Source: Candidatus Omnitrophota bacterium
Lineage (GTDB): Bacteria; Omnitrophota; Gorgyraeia; Zapsychrales; Fredricksoniimonadaceae
DNA: 64,000 bases
NCBI GenBank assembly: GCA_903908245.1
Contig: CAIVRE010000014.1
Location: 31,963-95,962 of the forward strand
Reading direction: 5' to 3'
The translations under genes were made by a program, and so were the position numbers. Shown here one piece after another: positions 36,986 through 47,653 of this stretch; position 1 is the first letter of the stretch; the number at the start of each line of letters is the position of its first letter. Below the pieces are notes generated by a model, which was not told where the DNA came from, ran no database searches, and worked only from the letters and a program-made list of their open reading frames with translations.

Positions 36986-38383
36986 TTATTGGATTTTCCC
37001 GCCGACAGGAAGATTGATCGTGACCACCGTGCCCTTGCCGACCGTACTGTGGACCATGATCCGGCCCGCATGCTTCTCGATAATATTGTAAACGATCGCC
37101 AGCCCAAGCCCAGTCCCCTGGCCGACTTCCCTGGTGGTAAAGAAAGGTTCGAAAATATGCTGAAGGTCAGGCTCCGGGATCCCGGAGCCGTCATCTTCGA
37201 TCTCGATAAGGACGTCATCCTTCTGGCACGAGGTGCGGATGACAACCCGGCCCTTCTCTCCGACAGCCTGCGCCGCATTAAGCAGCAGATTGATGAACAC
37301 CTGCTCGACCTGCCGGGGATGACAAAGTATCCGCGGAAGATCACCGTACTCCTTGACGACCTCAACATTATATTTCAAATTGCTCCGGGTAATATTAAGC
37401 GTGGCATCAATGAGCGCATGGATATCCGCGGATTCCTGTGCCGCCTTTTCTTCGCGCGCGAATGTCCTAAGGTCCGCAACGATCCTGGCGACCTGCGCCA
37501 CTCCACGGCTTGATTCCTCGATCAGTTTCCGGAGGTCCACGAAAAGCCCGGCCAGGTCCACCTCACGCCTGAAATCCTCCACCAAACCCAGCGGCTTGCA
37601 AACCTCCGCCAAAGAACACGCCTTCACGGCCGACTCGAGTTGGCCGTAAAACCTGAACATATCATCGATCGTATCGGTGTATCTCCTCAAAACGGAAAGA
37701 TTAGTGCTGATATAGCCTATCGGATTATTGATCTCATGCGCGATCCCCGCCGACAACCGGCCCAGCGATGCCATCTTCTCGGTCTGGATCATGTACGTCT
37801 GCATCTGCTTCAAATTCCGGTTCGCCAGCTCCAGGGATCTCTTCTCGAGGACCAGGGAACTGTTGACACTGGCCAGTTCCGCGGTCCGGTGATCGACGAG
37901 CAGCTCAAGATGACGGCGATAGGCCTCCAGCTCGGCTTCCGATTTCTTGCGCCCGGAAATATCATACGCCGTCCCCTGAATCCCGGTGATATTCCCGCTC
38001 TCGTCGGTCATGAATCTGGCATAGCACACCAAATGGATAGCATTGCCCGCTTTGCCAATATGGACCGCCTCAAAGTCCTTGACGGCCTCTCCGCCGATCA
38101 ACCTGGCGAATTCCTGCTCACAACGGACAGCCATTTCCGGGCGCTGAAAGTCGGAGAACTTCCTGCCCAGCATCTCCTCGACCTTGTAGCCGAACGCCTG
38201 CTCCCACGCCGCGTTAAGATAAACATAACGCCCCTCAAGATCACATTGCCAGATCAGGTTCAAAGACGCTTCGACGAAGTCATAATAGAACATCGCCTCG
38301 GCCCGCGACTTGATCAGTTCATCGATAAGCTGTTCTTTGGAAAGAATGAAAAGATCCTGGGGAGTGGATGATCGAGTATTCAT
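36986..38383 (-). CDS. Cytoplasmic PAS-domain sensor histidine kinase
   Basis: PAS fold; H-box HEINNPIGYI; HATPase N/G boxes; no TM segment. Confidence 0.8.
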   Translation of the reverse strand: MNTRSSTPQDLFILSKEQLIDELIKSRAEAMFYYDFVEASLNLIWQCDLEGRYVYLNAAWEQAFGYKVEEMLGRKFSDFQRPEMAVRCEQEFARLIGGEAVKDFEAVHIGKAGNAIHLVCYARFMTDESGNITGIQGTAYDISGRKKSEAELEAYRRHLELLVDHRTAELASVNSSLVLEKRSLELANRNLKQMQTYMIQTEKMASLGRLSAGIAHEINNPIGYISTNLSVLRRYTDTIDDMFRFYGQLESAVKACSLAEVCKPLGLVEDFRREVDLAGLFVDLRKLIEESSRGVAQVARIVADLRTFAREEKAAQESADIHALIDATLNITRSNLKYNVEVVKEYGDLPRILCHPRQVEQVFINLLLNAAQAVGEKGRVVIRTSCQKDDVLIEIEDDGSGIPEPDLQHIFEPFFTTREVGQGTGLGLAIVYNIIEKHAGRIMVHSTVGKGTVVTINLPVGGKIQ

Positions 38384-38434
38384 CTGACTAGGATTATACC
38401 CATGGGGCAGGCTTCTGGCTATTAGAAAAACCCG

Positions 38435-39991
38435 TCACCATTCGACAGGGAAATAATCTTTCAGGAACTTGCCGCACCAGTGCTCGCCCCTGAGTATCCC
38501 GTCAAAGAACGGGTCGCACACCCGCGCCGCGCCATCCACAATGTCCAGGGGTGGCTGAAAATCGTGCACCTGCTGTTTGCGCATCGAAAGGCCGAAGGGG
38601 TCTTCATCCGTAACCCACCCCGTATCGACCGCGTTCATGAAGATCCCGTACTTGGCCAGGTCGCTGGCGGAAGTATGTGTCAGCATATTGAGCGCGGCTT
38701 TGGCCATATTCGTATGCGGATGCCGGTCGGTCTTCACAAAACGGTGGAATTTGCCTTCCATCGCGGATACATTCACAATATGCTTTCTGCCCGTATTCTC
38801 GCGCTTCATCATCCCCGACAACTTATTGCACAGCACGAACGGCGCGATCGCATTGACCAGCTGCAGCTCGATCATCTCGGAGGTCTGGATCTCGCCCAGC
38901 CGCAGCCGCCAGCTGTTGGTCTCGCGCAGGTCCACCTGCTGAAGGTCGGCGTCAAGCTTTCCGACGGGGAATACCTTCTCCACCGACAGGTCCTGGTCGT
39001 ACACATAGGGGATCTGCGACAACTTGGCCGACGACGATAACCCGACACCCGGGACTTTCGCGGCCCAGGTGACCGGGATATTCGCGGTCTCGCCGCGAAC
39101 ACTGCCGGAATTAAGCCCCAACTGCGCCTTGCAATCCTCAAAAGCACCGAGCAATCCCTGAACATCTTTGGACAGATCATTAAAAGGAAGGGTTTCGTTC
39201 GGGATCATGTGCGCGTAAAAACCGGTAGGCCGCCGCACGGTCTGCGCCGCATTATTGATCAAAAGGTCCAGCCGGTCGTATTTCTGCTCAATGAACTTGC
39301 AGAAGATCTCGACGCTCGGCGTATGGCGCAGATCCAGCCCGTAAATATGCAGGCGGTCACCCCACTCCTTGAAATCTTTTTCTTTGGAATAGCGCATGGC
39401 GCTGTCCACCGGGAAACGCGTGGTGGCGATGACCCGTGCCCCGGCACGCAACATCATAAGAGAAGCCTGATACCCGATCTTGAGCCGGGAACCGGTGATA
39501 AGCGCGACCTGCCCCACCAGCGATGCCGTCTGGAACCGCTTGGCATAATTGAACTGCGCGCACTTCGGGCACATCGCGTCATAAAAAAAATGCAGCCTGG
39601 AGAATTCCGCCTTGCAGACATAACAATTACGCGGGCGAATAAGTTCATTATCCTTCGGCGTTAACGCCTCGGGCCCCTGGATCTGCGCCGGAGCAACGAA
39701 TACGGTCGATGTCCGGGCGCTGCGGATGCCGGTAGACGCGCGGACCTTGCGCTGATGCGCGTCGATCTGCTTAAGTTTTAGCGTCCGGCGGTCCTGGGCC
39801 CGCTTGCGGATCTCCTGCTTGTCAGGACGGGATATGCGCCCGGCCGCCATCATCAAATTGATCCTCTGCTCTTCGGTCAAATGCGCCAGTTGGTCACTGC
39901 CCTTGGACAGCTCATCAAGCATGTTAAGGCACGCCTGAAGCTCTTCGGGGGAATATTTCGGTTGAGGGGTATTGTTCTCGGGATTATTCAT
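38435..39991 (-). CDS. SDR-family NAD(P)-dependent oxidoreductase with long N-terminal extension containing a CxxC...CxxC zinc ribbon
   Basis: Rossmann [13 protein letters not shown]; catalytic region; N-terminal CYVCKAEF...CPKCAQF. Confidence 0.55.
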   Translation of the reverse strand: MNNPENNTPQPKYSPEELQACLNMLDELSKGSDQLAHLTEEQRINLMMAAGRISRPDKQEIRKRAQDRRTLKLKQIDAHQRKVRASTGIRSARTSTVFVAPAQIQGPEALTPKDNELIRPRNCYVCKAEFSRLHFFYDAMCPKCAQFNYAKRFQTASLVGQVALITGSRLKIGYQASLMMLRAGARVIATTRFPVDSAMRYSKEKDFKEWGDRLHIYGLDLRHTPSVEIFCKFIEQKYDRLDLLINNAAQTVRRPTGFYAHMIPNETLPFNDLSKDVQGLLGAFEDCKAQLGLNSGSVRGETANIPVTWAAKVPGVGLSSSAKLSQIPYVYDQDLSVEKVFPVGKLDADLQQVDLRETNSWRLRLGEIQTSEMIELQLVNAIAPFVLCNKLSGMMKRENTGRKHIVNVSAMEGKFHRFVKTDRHPHTNMAKAALNMLTHTSASDLAKYGIFMNAVDTGWVTDEDPFGLSMRKQQVHDFQPPLDIVDGAARVCDPFFDGILRGEHWCGKFLKDYFPVEW

Positions 39992-40012
39992 TGGATACGC
40001 CGGAAGCGGAAC

Positions 40013-40360
40013 TCACAGCTTGTTGTATTTGGTGTGCCGGCCCTTGCATTTTTCAACGGGGTATTTCGCCGCGTTCTTCTTTGTTTTACGTTCAATGGCC
40101 TGGGGAAGGTCGATCTCCAGATCGTGCGCCAGTTCGAACAGGTACCAGGCCACGTCGGCCAGTTCATCCGCCAGCTCTTCCCTGCACTCACGCCCGTACT
40201 GCACCACTTCTTCGGGTGATTTCCACTGAAAATGCTCCAGGACCTCGGCGGCCTCTAGCACCAGCGAAAGCGCCACATCCTTGTGATTGTGGAACTGCTT
40301 CCAGTCCCGCTCCTCACGGAACTTCATCATCTTCTCGGTGATCTCGCGGATCTCGCCCAT
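40013..40360 (-). CDS. MazG-like nucleotide pyrophosphohydrolase (start trimmed to MGEIREI)
   Basis: MazG EExGEL-type motif (LVLEAAEVLEHFQW...EELADELADVAWY); 115 aa. Confidence 0.7.
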   Translation of the reverse strand: MGEIREITEKMMKFREERDWKQFHNHKDVALSLVLEAAEVLEHFQWKSPEEVVQYGRECREELADELADVAWYLFELAHDLEIDLPQAIERKTKKNAAKYPVEKCKGRHTKYNKL

Positions 40361-40511
40361 TGTCCGGCCCTTTTCATTATGATTTATCGCACGAAGTCTA
40401 GCATTCAAGCCTGTAAGTGTCCACTTTTTCATTGCCAAACCCGCAAGCATCATTATATTAGGAAAGACGCGCGAAGCCTATCCTACAGAAAACAAACATA
40501 AAGAGACCTCT

Positions 40512-42320
40512 ATGTCCGTTGAAAAACGCTCTGTCACACGCTTTGAACTGCTCATGGACGCCGGGTTCGGCGCCCAGAAAGCCGGCGACATCCTTCTTGC
40601 CGCCTTTGTGGCCATGGGGGAATATGTCTACGTGGAACCCATGATCCCCGCCGAGATCTCTCCGCCGATCAGGACCCCGTTCGCCCTTTCCGGCATCATC
40701 ATCCGGCTGGCGGATTTCGACATCACCAATATCGGCAACGACACGGACCTCATCCTGGCCTCGCATGAGGTCGTGCTTGACCGGCGGCTGAACGACAGGG
40801 AATACAACAAGAAATGCACCATCCTGCTCGACACCGGCGACCGCGAGAAGAGCCCGGCCACCTATGACGCGGTGCTCAAACGCTGCGCTGATGAAGGGCT
40901 TGCCGTCACCCTGTTCGATATCGACGCCCCCTCCAAAGAGATCCTGGGAGAGATCAGCGGAAAAGGCCGGAACCTTTTCTACCTCGGCATGCTGTCGTAC
41001 ATCTACAGTATGGACGAAGCGATCGTCAAGGACGAGATCGAGAACGCCCTGGGCAAAAAGTTCAACCCGGAACTTAAAACCAAGAACATCTCCCTTTACC
41101 ATAACGGCTACCAGCTGGCCAAAGGCCTGGGCCTTGTCCGGTACAAGGTCGAAGCCTCTCCCCGCCAGGGCGAAAAGATCCTCATCGACGGCAATACTTC
41201 GCTGAGCATGGGCATCATCGATGCCGGCTTCAAGCTGTTCTCGGGATACCCCATTACTCCGGCATCATCGGTCATGCACAACCTGGCCCGTGAACTGCCC
41301 TCTTACGGCGGCTGCGTCCACCAGGCCGAGGACGAGATCGCGGCCATCGGGGTCGCCATCGGCGCTTACTACAGCGGAGTTCCGGCCATCACGGCAACGT
41401 CCGGCCCGGGTTTGTCGCTCAAACAGGAATTCATCGGCTACGCCCAGTCGGCGGAGATCCCGCTTGTTGTCATCGATGTCCAGCGCGGCGGCCCTTCAAC
41501 CGGCATGCCCACCAAAACCGAACAATCCGACCTGACGCCCGCGGTCTTTGGCTCTCACGGAGACCATACCAAGGTCGTTATCAGCGTATCAAACGTGATT
41601 GACTGCTTCTACGCGCCGCACCTGGCCCGCTACCTGACGGAAAAATTGCGCGTGCCGGTGATCATCATGAGCGACTTCCAGACGGCCAACAGCTATAAGG
41701 TCATCACCAAGCCGAAGATCGTCAACATGAACAATGTGGACGAGATCCCGGATTTTATCCTGGAACGCTTCCACATCCGGCGGCTGCCGGACAACATTGA
41801 AATGGTTCGCCTCAATCAAAGCCTGCCCGGGACGCCAGGCCAGATGCGCCGGGTGACCGGGCTCAACACCAACGCCCAGGGGCAGATCACCACATCGTCC
41901 GCCTCAAGCCAGCGCGGACATCAGGTCCGCAATGAAAAGGTCCACCATGTCCGCCGCGCGCTCACCACGCCCGAACTGTTCGGTCCCGCCGCCAACGATA
42001 TCCTGGTCGTCGGCTGGGGGTCCACCCGTGGAGCCCTCGAAGAAGCCATCGGGCTGGCAGAAAAACAAGGCATCAAGGCGTCGGGGATGCACCTGCGCGT
42101 CGTCTATCCCCTGCCTTTATCGCTTAAAGACGTTTTCGCAAAATACAAGAAGATCGTGACCGTCGAAGTTGCTTACGGCGACGGGCTTAAACCTTCGCCG
42201 CTGGCGCTTTTACTGCGTTCGGAGACACTGGCCGATATCAAACCGCTGATCGCGGAAGCGACCGGACGGCCCGTTCGCCCCAAAGTGATCCTGGAGCGCA
42301 TCAAGGAGGCTTTACAATGA
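40512..42320 (+). CDS. korA: 2-oxoacid:ferredoxin oxidoreductase alpha subunit with fused N-terminal gamma-like domain
   Basis: POR/KOR alpha conserved segments (GYPITPAS, TSGPGLSLKQE); ATGA overlap with the beta-subunit gene. Confidence 0.8.
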   Translation: MSVEKRSVTRFELLMDAGFGAQKAGDILLAAFVAMGEYVYVEPMIPAEISPPIRTPFALSGIIIRLADFDITNIGNDTDLILASHEVVLDRRLNDREYNKKCTILLDTGDREKSPATYDAVLKRCADEGLAVTLFDIDAPSKEILGEISGKGRNLFYLGMLSYIYSMDEAIVKDEIENALGKKFNPELKTKNISLYHNGYQLAKGLGLVRYKVEASPRQGEKILIDGNTSLSMGIIDAGFKLFSGYPITPASSVMHNLARELPSYGGCVHQAEDEIAAIGVAIGAYYSGVPAITATSGPGLSLKQEFIGYAQSAEIPLVVIDVQRGGPSTGMPTKTEQSDLTPAVFGSHGDHTKVVISVSNVIDCFYAPHLARYLTEKLRVPVIIMSDFQTANSYKVITKPKIVNMNNVDEIPDFILERFHIRRLPDNIEMVRLNQSLPGTPGQMRRVTGLNTNAQGQITTSSASSQRGHQVRNEKVHHVRRALTTPELFGPAANDILVVGWGSTRGALEEAIGLAEKQGIKASGMHLRVVYPLPLSLKDVFAKYKKIVTVEVAYGDGLKPSPLALLLRSETLADIKPLIAEATGRPVRPKVILERIKEALQ

Positions 42321-43240
42321 CAACCCCCAACACCACGACCGGGGCCGGAACGCCGCCAGTCACGACCAAGGACCTGTTTGCCGAGAACCCCCGCTGGTGT
42401 GCCGGCTGCGGCGACTTCGGGATCCTGGCCAGCCTTAAAAAATTCCTGATCGAACGCCAGCTCCGCCCGGAAATGACCGTCAATATCTCGGGGATCGGCT
42501 GTTCCAGCCGGGCGCCCAATTATTTCAATACCTACGGCGCCCACTCGATCCACGGCCGGGCGATCCCGGTCGCGCTCGGGGTTGCGCTGGCCCGTCCGGA
42601 CCTCAACCTGTTCGTGCACTCCGGTGACGGCGACGCCATGAGCATCGGCGGGAACCACCTGCTGCACGGGATCAACAAGAACTTCAAATGCGTATTCCTG
42701 ATGTACGACAACGAGATCTACGCGCTCACCAAGAACCAGACCTCCCCGACAACACGCAAAGGCCATCCGACCTTTACCCAGCCGCAGGGAAGTTTCCTTA
42801 ACCCCCTCAATCCGCTGACCGTGGTGCTGGGGCTGGGCGCCTCGTTCGTGGCCTCGTCGGCTGACTGGATCCCCGACCACCTGACCGACACGATCAAGGC
42901 CGGCTTCGACCATCCCGGGTTCGCTTTCATCCATATTGCCCAGCGCTGCACGCACTTTGACGCGGGGAATTTCGACCACAAAACGTCCGACTGGTTCTCG
43001 TTCCTGAAACACGCGAACGGCATTGAACCCGACAAGCGCCTGGCCAACAAAGCCGAGCTCGTCAACCATGACCCGTCAGACATGGGAACGGCCTTTAAAC
43101 TTGCCGCATCTGACCGCCGTTATTTTGGATTATTTTATCAGGACAGGAACAAACCGCGCTATGACCAGGTGCTGCGCGACCTGGTGGCCAACGCGCCGAA
43201 AAAGGACAGGGCCAAGCTCCTCGACGCATACAACATTTAA
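42317..43240 (+). CDS. korB: 2-oxoacid:ferredoxin oxidoreductase beta (TPP-binding) subunit
   Basis: WCxGCGDF motif, TPP-binding GDGD...N region. Confidence 0.85.
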   Translation: MTTPNTTTGAGTPPVTTKDLFAENPRWCAGCGDFGILASLKKFLIERQLRPEMTVNISGIGCSSRAPNYFNTYGAHSIHGRAIPVALGVALARPDLNLFVHSGDGDAMSIGGNHLLHGINKNFKCVFLMYDNEIYALTKNQTSPTTRKGHPTFTQPQGSFLNPLNPLTVVLGLGASFVASSADWIPDHLTDTIKAGFDHPGFAFIHIAQRCTHFDAGNFDHKTSDWFSFLKHANGIEPDKRLANKAELVNHDPSDMGTAFKLAASDRRYFGLFYQDRNKPRYDQVLRDLVANAPKKDRAKLLDAYNI

Positions 43241-43268
43241 CCTCCTTCACCCCCGGGGTGAAGGAGGT
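43241..43268. terminator. Bidirectional hairpin terminator between korB and the convergent alcohol dehydrogenase gene
   Basis: cctccttcaccc-ccgg-ggtgaaggagg perfect 12-bp stem immediately after both stop codons. Confidence 0.5.
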
Positions 43269-43269
43269 T

Positions 43270-44250
43270 TCAACCCGACTTGAGGACGACTTTCAGGGAA
43301 TCCTTGGCGCCCACCACCAGATCGAACGCCTCCTGAATATTGCTCAGGGGCAATCGGTCCGTGATCAACTCTCTCACCTTGACCTTACCCGTACTGATGA
43401 GCTCGAGCGATTCTTCCAGGTCAACAGGAGCCGCGCCGTACGACGATGTCACGGTGAGCTCTTTTCTCCAGAAATCAGGGATAGGAAGAGGGATATCCCG
43501 GTTGGGAATGGCAAAAAGCAGGACAACACCTTTCTTGTCAACGCAACGGAACGCCTGATCGATGGCGCCAAACGCGCCGGTGCAAATAATGACCTTATCC
43601 GCCGTAAGCTTTACCTCTTGAGCGGCGTTGATCACCTCGTCAGCCCCAAGCTCCCGGGCCTTGTTCAAGCGGAACGCATTGATATCCGTCACCACCACCC
43701 GCGCGCCTTTAAGCTTGGCGAGCACGACATTCATCAGCCCGGAAACACCCGCGCCAAGGATAAGGACCGTCTGCCCCGCCCGCACATCAATAAGCCGAAG
43801 GCCCCTGACGCCGCAAGCCAGCGGCTCGATCATGGTGCCTTCCTCGTAGGAAACATGCTCCGGCAGGACATAGACCCCGCGCTCGACATTGATCTGAGGG
43901 ATACGGATGAATTCACTGTATCCGCCGGGATCATAATTGCCCTGATGCAGGGTATCGCAAGCCGTATGGTTCCCCGCCTGACAATACTTGCACTGCCCGC
44001 ACGGCACATGATGGCTCACGAAAACCCGCTCGCCGACTTTATATTTGGAAGACTGTGACTCGATAATTTCGCCGCTGATCTCATGGCCCAGGATGCGCGG
44101 GCCTTTCTTGACGCGGTACCATTCCATCACATCCGTCCCGCAAATACCGCTGGCACGCATTTTGACCAGGATCTCGCCGGGGCCGATCACGGGAACAGGC
44201 AATTCTTCAATGCGGACATCTTTATTGTTGTAATATCTGGCAACGATCAT
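43270..44250 (-). CDS. Zinc-dependent medium-chain alcohol dehydrogenase (threonine/sorbitol dehydrogenase-like)
   Basis: Catalytic Zn ligands (C37, H59 region GHEISGEI), structural Zn CxxCxxC, Rossmann GAGVSGL. Confidence 0.8.
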   Translation of the reverse strand: MIVARYYNNKDVRIEELPVPVIGPGEILVKMRASGICGTDVMEWYRVKKGPRILGHEISGEIIESQSSKYKVGERVFVSHHVPCGQCKYCQAGNHTACDTLHQGNYDPGGYSEFIRIPQINVERGVYVLPEHVSYEEGTMIEPLACGVRGLRLIDVRAGQTVLILGAGVSGLMNVVLAKLKGARVVVTDINAFRLNKARELGADEVINAAQEVKLTADKVIICTGAFGAIDQAFRCVDKKGVVLLFAIPNRDIPLPIPDFWRKELTVTSSYGAAPVDLEESLELISTGKVKVRELITDRLPLSNIQEAFDLVVGAKDSLKVVLKSG

Positions 44251-44322
44251 AAAAATAAACGTCCTTAATATCCGTTGGCTCGCCGGGCGGCTTATCAGGT
44301 CGCCCCTACGCCAATGCCGGCG

Positions 44323-45108
44323 TTACGCTTTGGCACCGTGGAATATTTCCCGGGCCTGCTTCAAAGAAACATTCTGATGCACAATGGCCTGCAGGGCCTT
44401 GGCCATGGCGACGGGATTCGAGCTCTGCCAGACATTCCGGCCCAGGTTCAGCCCCACCGCGCCTTTCTGCATTCCGTCGTGAACAAATTCCAGAACGCCC
44501 TCTTCCGTCTCGCACTTCGGGCCGCCGGCCATGATGACCGGCACAGGGCACCCCTGCACCACTTTATCAAAATCCTTGTCGCACCAGTAGGTCTTGACCA
44601 CCCTCGCGCCCAGTTCCGCCGCGATCCGGCAGCACAAACCCAGATAGCGCGCGTCGCGCTTTTCCATCTCGCGGCCGACAGCCGTAACCGCCATCACCGG
44701 GATCCCGTAAGGTTCGCACAGGTTCACCAGCGTCGAAAGGTTCTTCAATGTTTCTTTCTCATGGTCACTGCCGATAAAAACTGAAACACCCACCGCGCAG
44801 GCATTGAGCCGGATGACCTCATCGACAGATGTCGTGATCTCTTCATTGGCCAGGTCTTTGCCTACCATACTGGTACACCCCGAAACCCTGAGGATGATCG
44901 GCTTGCTGCCAACAGGGTCGATCGCCGCGCGCAAAACACCGCGCGTACAAAAAAGAGCATCCACATAAGGCAGCAGCGGCTTGATCGTTTCCGCCGGCCG
45001 TTCAAGGCCCTTGGTCGGCCCCTGAAAATACCCATGATCGATCGGCATGAAAAAACATTTGCCGTTCGGCATTAACTGACTTAACCGATTTTTCATTCCC
45101 CAGTCCAT
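44323..45108 (-). CDS. DhnA-type class I aldolase (DeoC/FbaB/LsrF family)
   Basis: Family-typical Schiff-base Lys region (VVKTYW) and overall length/composition. Confidence 0.65.
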   Translation of the reverse strand: MDWGMKNRLSQLMPNGKCFFMPIDHGYFQGPTKGLERPAETIKPLLPYVDALFCTRGVLRAAIDPVGSKPIILRVSGCTSMVGKDLANEEITTSVDEVIRLNACAVGVSVFIGSDHEKETLKNLSTLVNLCEPYGIPVMAVTAVGREMEKRDARYLGLCCRIAAELGARVVKTYWCDKDFDKVVQGCPVPVIMAGGPKCETEEGVLEFVHDGMQKGAVGLNLGRNVWQSSNPVAMAKALQAIVHQNVSLKQAREIFHGAKA

Positions 45109-45180
45109 ACATGCCCCCCTGATATTAAAGATAATTATGTAATGTAACGGCAGCCCACGGTTCCGTCAAGAAAAAGCCTC

Positions 45181-45633
45181 TCACCAGTAAAGCTTTTTAA
45201 ACCTCGCCGAATAACGCTTGATCCATTTACGCGAAGCATCTTCCAGAGAAACCTGCTTGCCTGACTGCAAACTCAACAGATCACGGAACTCCGCGATCAG
45301 GTAGATCTGCTCGATCATCTTGACCTTGAACGCTTCCTGGATCCTCAAAAAACTCACGGCAATATCAAAAAGCCTGGTTTCCGCATTCTTCGTACAACGC
45401 ACGACCCTGGCTTTAACACTGAACATCTTGTCCTCAAAAGGCATTTTAACCACGATCCTCGTCCCGTCTTTGACCATGTTCTTGGAAGAGAATAACAGCC
45501 CGCCCAGGCTCACATTCAACGTCTGGGAACGTTCTTCTTCCTGGCCCTTCTTCTCACTGTCCCCAAGCACTGTATAAGCAAGTGGCATGCACAAAGGATG
45601 ACGAATGAACCTCCGGCTTTCAATGACCTTCAT
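45181..45633 (-). CDS. PilZ-domain c-di-GMP-binding protein
   Basis: RxxxR (ESRRFIRHP) and (D/N)xSxGG (NVSLGGLLF) PilZ motifs. Confidence 0.7.
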   Translation of the reverse strand: MKVIESRRFIRHPLCMPLAYTVLGDSEKKGQEEERSQTLNVSLGGLLFSSKNMVKDGTRIVVKMPFEDKMFSVKARVVRCTKNAETRLFDIAVSFLRIQEAFKVKMIEQIYLIAEFRDLLSLQSGKQVSLEDASRKWIKRYSARFKKLYW

Positions 45634-45684
45634 AACTCCCCCCGTTCCTTTTCTTTAAAATGTACCCATCCCCGCCCGACGATC

Positions 45685-47367
45685 TCAAATATCCGGCCCC
45701 CCGTCAAACACAGTCAAAGTGAACTCAAGCGGGACAAGCCCCATACTGGACTGTTCCTGGCGGCTTGGGCCAATGCTCAGCCGGGCCGCATCAAATCCGG
45801 CGGCCAAAATAAGATCATTCACGGCTTTGGCACGCGCAGCCGCCAAAGACTGCAGGGCCGGCTTATCCGCAACGCCATTACCGATCAACTGCCGCTTGAT
45901 CTCCTCTACGATCTTATCATCGTTATAAGCGCCTTCTTTGATCTTATATTTTTTCGTGATCTCCCATAGTTCACGGATACCGACCCTGCGCTGATATAAC
46001 ATCTGGTATATCCAGCTCTCGGAGCGCGTTGATGTCCGACGCAACTCGGCATAATCCTTTGCCAGCGTTTCCGTCTTGATCGCCTTCCAATCGAGATCGG
46101 GGTCATAACCGCCGTTGACCTCAAGCCTGAGCTTCGGATGCTCCTTAAGCCCCTGCAGCAGCGTATGGATCTTGACCTTCTCGGCGTCAGAAATATCAGC
46201 CTTGCCTGGCACGAACCGGACATACCCCAATTCATCCGTCCCGCTATCCACGCCGATCGCCGACCCCAGAAAAGCGAACGGCTTGGTAACAAGCCCTGTA
46301 AAGAAATTCGTCACGACCTGTCCGATCAGCGGCCAGTAATGAAAATCAGGCTTGCTCATATCACCCGTCACAGGAAGCGATATTTTAATGCGTCCCTGCG
46401 GGTCTTCCAGCAACGCCACCACCAGGCCGAACGGCAGCGGCAAAGCATCCTTGCTTTCCACCTTCTGACCAAAAGCAAAGCGCTGGACCAGGATCTTATG
46501 CGCGGCTGTCAACTTGTTCCCGCTGATACGATAATCCGTCTTGAACTCCAATACGCCACCCTTAAGCGCCCGTCCGGTATATTTCCCGACATAAGGGGTC
46601 AATACGTCCAACGCAAAACCATTAAAGGAAAAACTTGCTTCAAGCTCGACAGGCTGGACGAATGGCTTGATGTTCACTTCAGAATTGATGATCCCTTTAC
46701 TCCCCAGCTTTGCCTGAAAAACAACCCTGGCCAACCCATCCCGCCGGGTGGAAAGGCCCGTAACCCGCACATCGATGTCGCTTAAAGCAACGGAAAAGTT
46801 GGGATGAATCGTACGGTCGAGAAAATTCACGCGGCTATTCTTGAGCGTGATAACGTCAACCACGACCAAAGGCAAAGAAGGCATAGGCACCGCCACGGCC
46901 AGTCCCTGCAGCTTGGACGGATTTTTCTGAAGAGCGATCGCCGCCGCAGGCGCCGACTTCTCCCCCGATGGAACAAGATCCATCAGGTTCACATGCCCGC
47001 CGTCTGACAGGACCATATTGACCTTCAGTCCGTCCACCGACAATGATTCCACGCGATATGCTTGCTTGAACAGCGCAATAAAACTGACATCCACCCCCAG
47101 CCGGTCAAAACCCGCCATGACCTGCCCGTCCGTATCAAGCACCGCAAGTCCACGCACATCCAGCTGCCATAAAAAAGGATTGAACATCACCGAAGCGACC
47201 CTGACAGGATGCCCGAGGATCCTGGTCCCCTGGCTTTCAACGCCGAATTTTAACGCCAACGGTAAAACAACAGCAGCCGCAAAAAGATAAAAAACATAAC
47301 AACCAGCCGCGATCTTCAGAAACCAAGGAACAATCCTTTTCAACATATCAACCCCTGCCTCAAACAC
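45685..47367 (-). CDS. Membrane-anchored DUF748/AsmA-like protein
   Basis: N-terminal TM anchor followed by long beta-rich body; resembles DUF748. Confidence 0.35.
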   Translation of the reverse strand: MFEAGVDMLKRIVPWFLKIAAGCYVFYLFAAAVVLPLALKFGVESQGTRILGHPVRVASVMFNPFLWQLDVRGLAVLDTDGQVMAGFDRLGVDVSFIALFKQAYRVESLSVDGLKVNMVLSDGGHVNLMDLVPSGEKSAPAAAIALQKNPSKLQGLAVAVPMPSLPLVVVDVITLKNSRVNFLDRTIHPNFSVALSDIDVRVTGLSTRRDGLARVVFQAKLGSKGIINSEVNIKPFVQPVELEASFSFNGFALDVLTPYVGKYTGRALKGGVLEFKTDYRISGNKLTAAHKILVQRFAFGQKVESKDALPLPFGLVVALLEDPQGRIKISLPVTGDMSKPDFHYWPLIGQVVTNFFTGLVTKPFAFLGSAIGVDSGTDELGYVRFVPGKADISDAEKVKIHTLLQGLKEHPKLRLEVNGGYDPDLDWKAIKTETLAKDYAELRRTSTRSESWIYQMLYQRRVGIRELWEITKKYKIKEGAYNDDKIVEEIKRQLIGNGVADKPALQSLAAARAKAVNDLILAAGFDAARLSIGPSRQEQSSMGLVPLEFTLTVFDGGPDI

Positions 47368-47477
47368 TGCGCTCTTATCTACCTAAATCGCGCCCCTTTA
47401 CGGCCAGCAACACCGGTATTTTCAAGAATACTAATATTAACACGCCCGCGAGCTTGAACACAAGTCCGAAAGTTTTC

Positions 47478-47505
47478 TTGAAATACAAAGTATTAAAGAT
47501 AAAAT
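47478..47505 (+). promoter_or_regulatory. Sigma70-like promoter (TTGAAA-16-TAAAAT) in front of the 19-codon ORF
   Basis: Hexamers at 47478-47483 and 47500-47505. Confidence 0.35.
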
Positions 47506-47562
47506 AATTTATTGCAACCGTTGGAGAACGACCGTTCAACATTCATAAACGCAGGAGGAACA

Positions 47563-47622
47563 ATGGGCGACAAGAATCCGAAGAACAAGATCAAGAAGGG
47601 CAAGACAGCGAAAAAGAAGTAA
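47563..47622 (+). CDS. 19-aa lysine-rich small protein MGDKNPKNKIKKGKTAKKK
   Basis: AGGAGG 6 nt upstream of the ATG, own promoter, terminator hairpin 30 nt downstream. Confidence 0.4.
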   Translation: MGDKNPKNKIKKGKTAKKK

Positions 47623-47653
47623 TCAGCAAAAACCGCGATCCATCGCGCAAAGA

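Noticed and set aside
35734-37368. 544-aa ORF covering the radical SAM gene plus 384 nt upstream
   Set aside because: The first 128 codons are Arg/Ser-rich and overlap the histidine kinase gene on the same strand in another frame. A clean start (MPKAV, 36984) abuts the HK stop.
40458-41102. 214-aa minus-strand ORF
   Set aside because: It is antisense to korA, whose plus-strand frame has conserved POR/KOR motifs and is translationally coupled to korB.
42173-43069. 298-aa minus-strand ORF
   Set aside because: It is antisense to korB.
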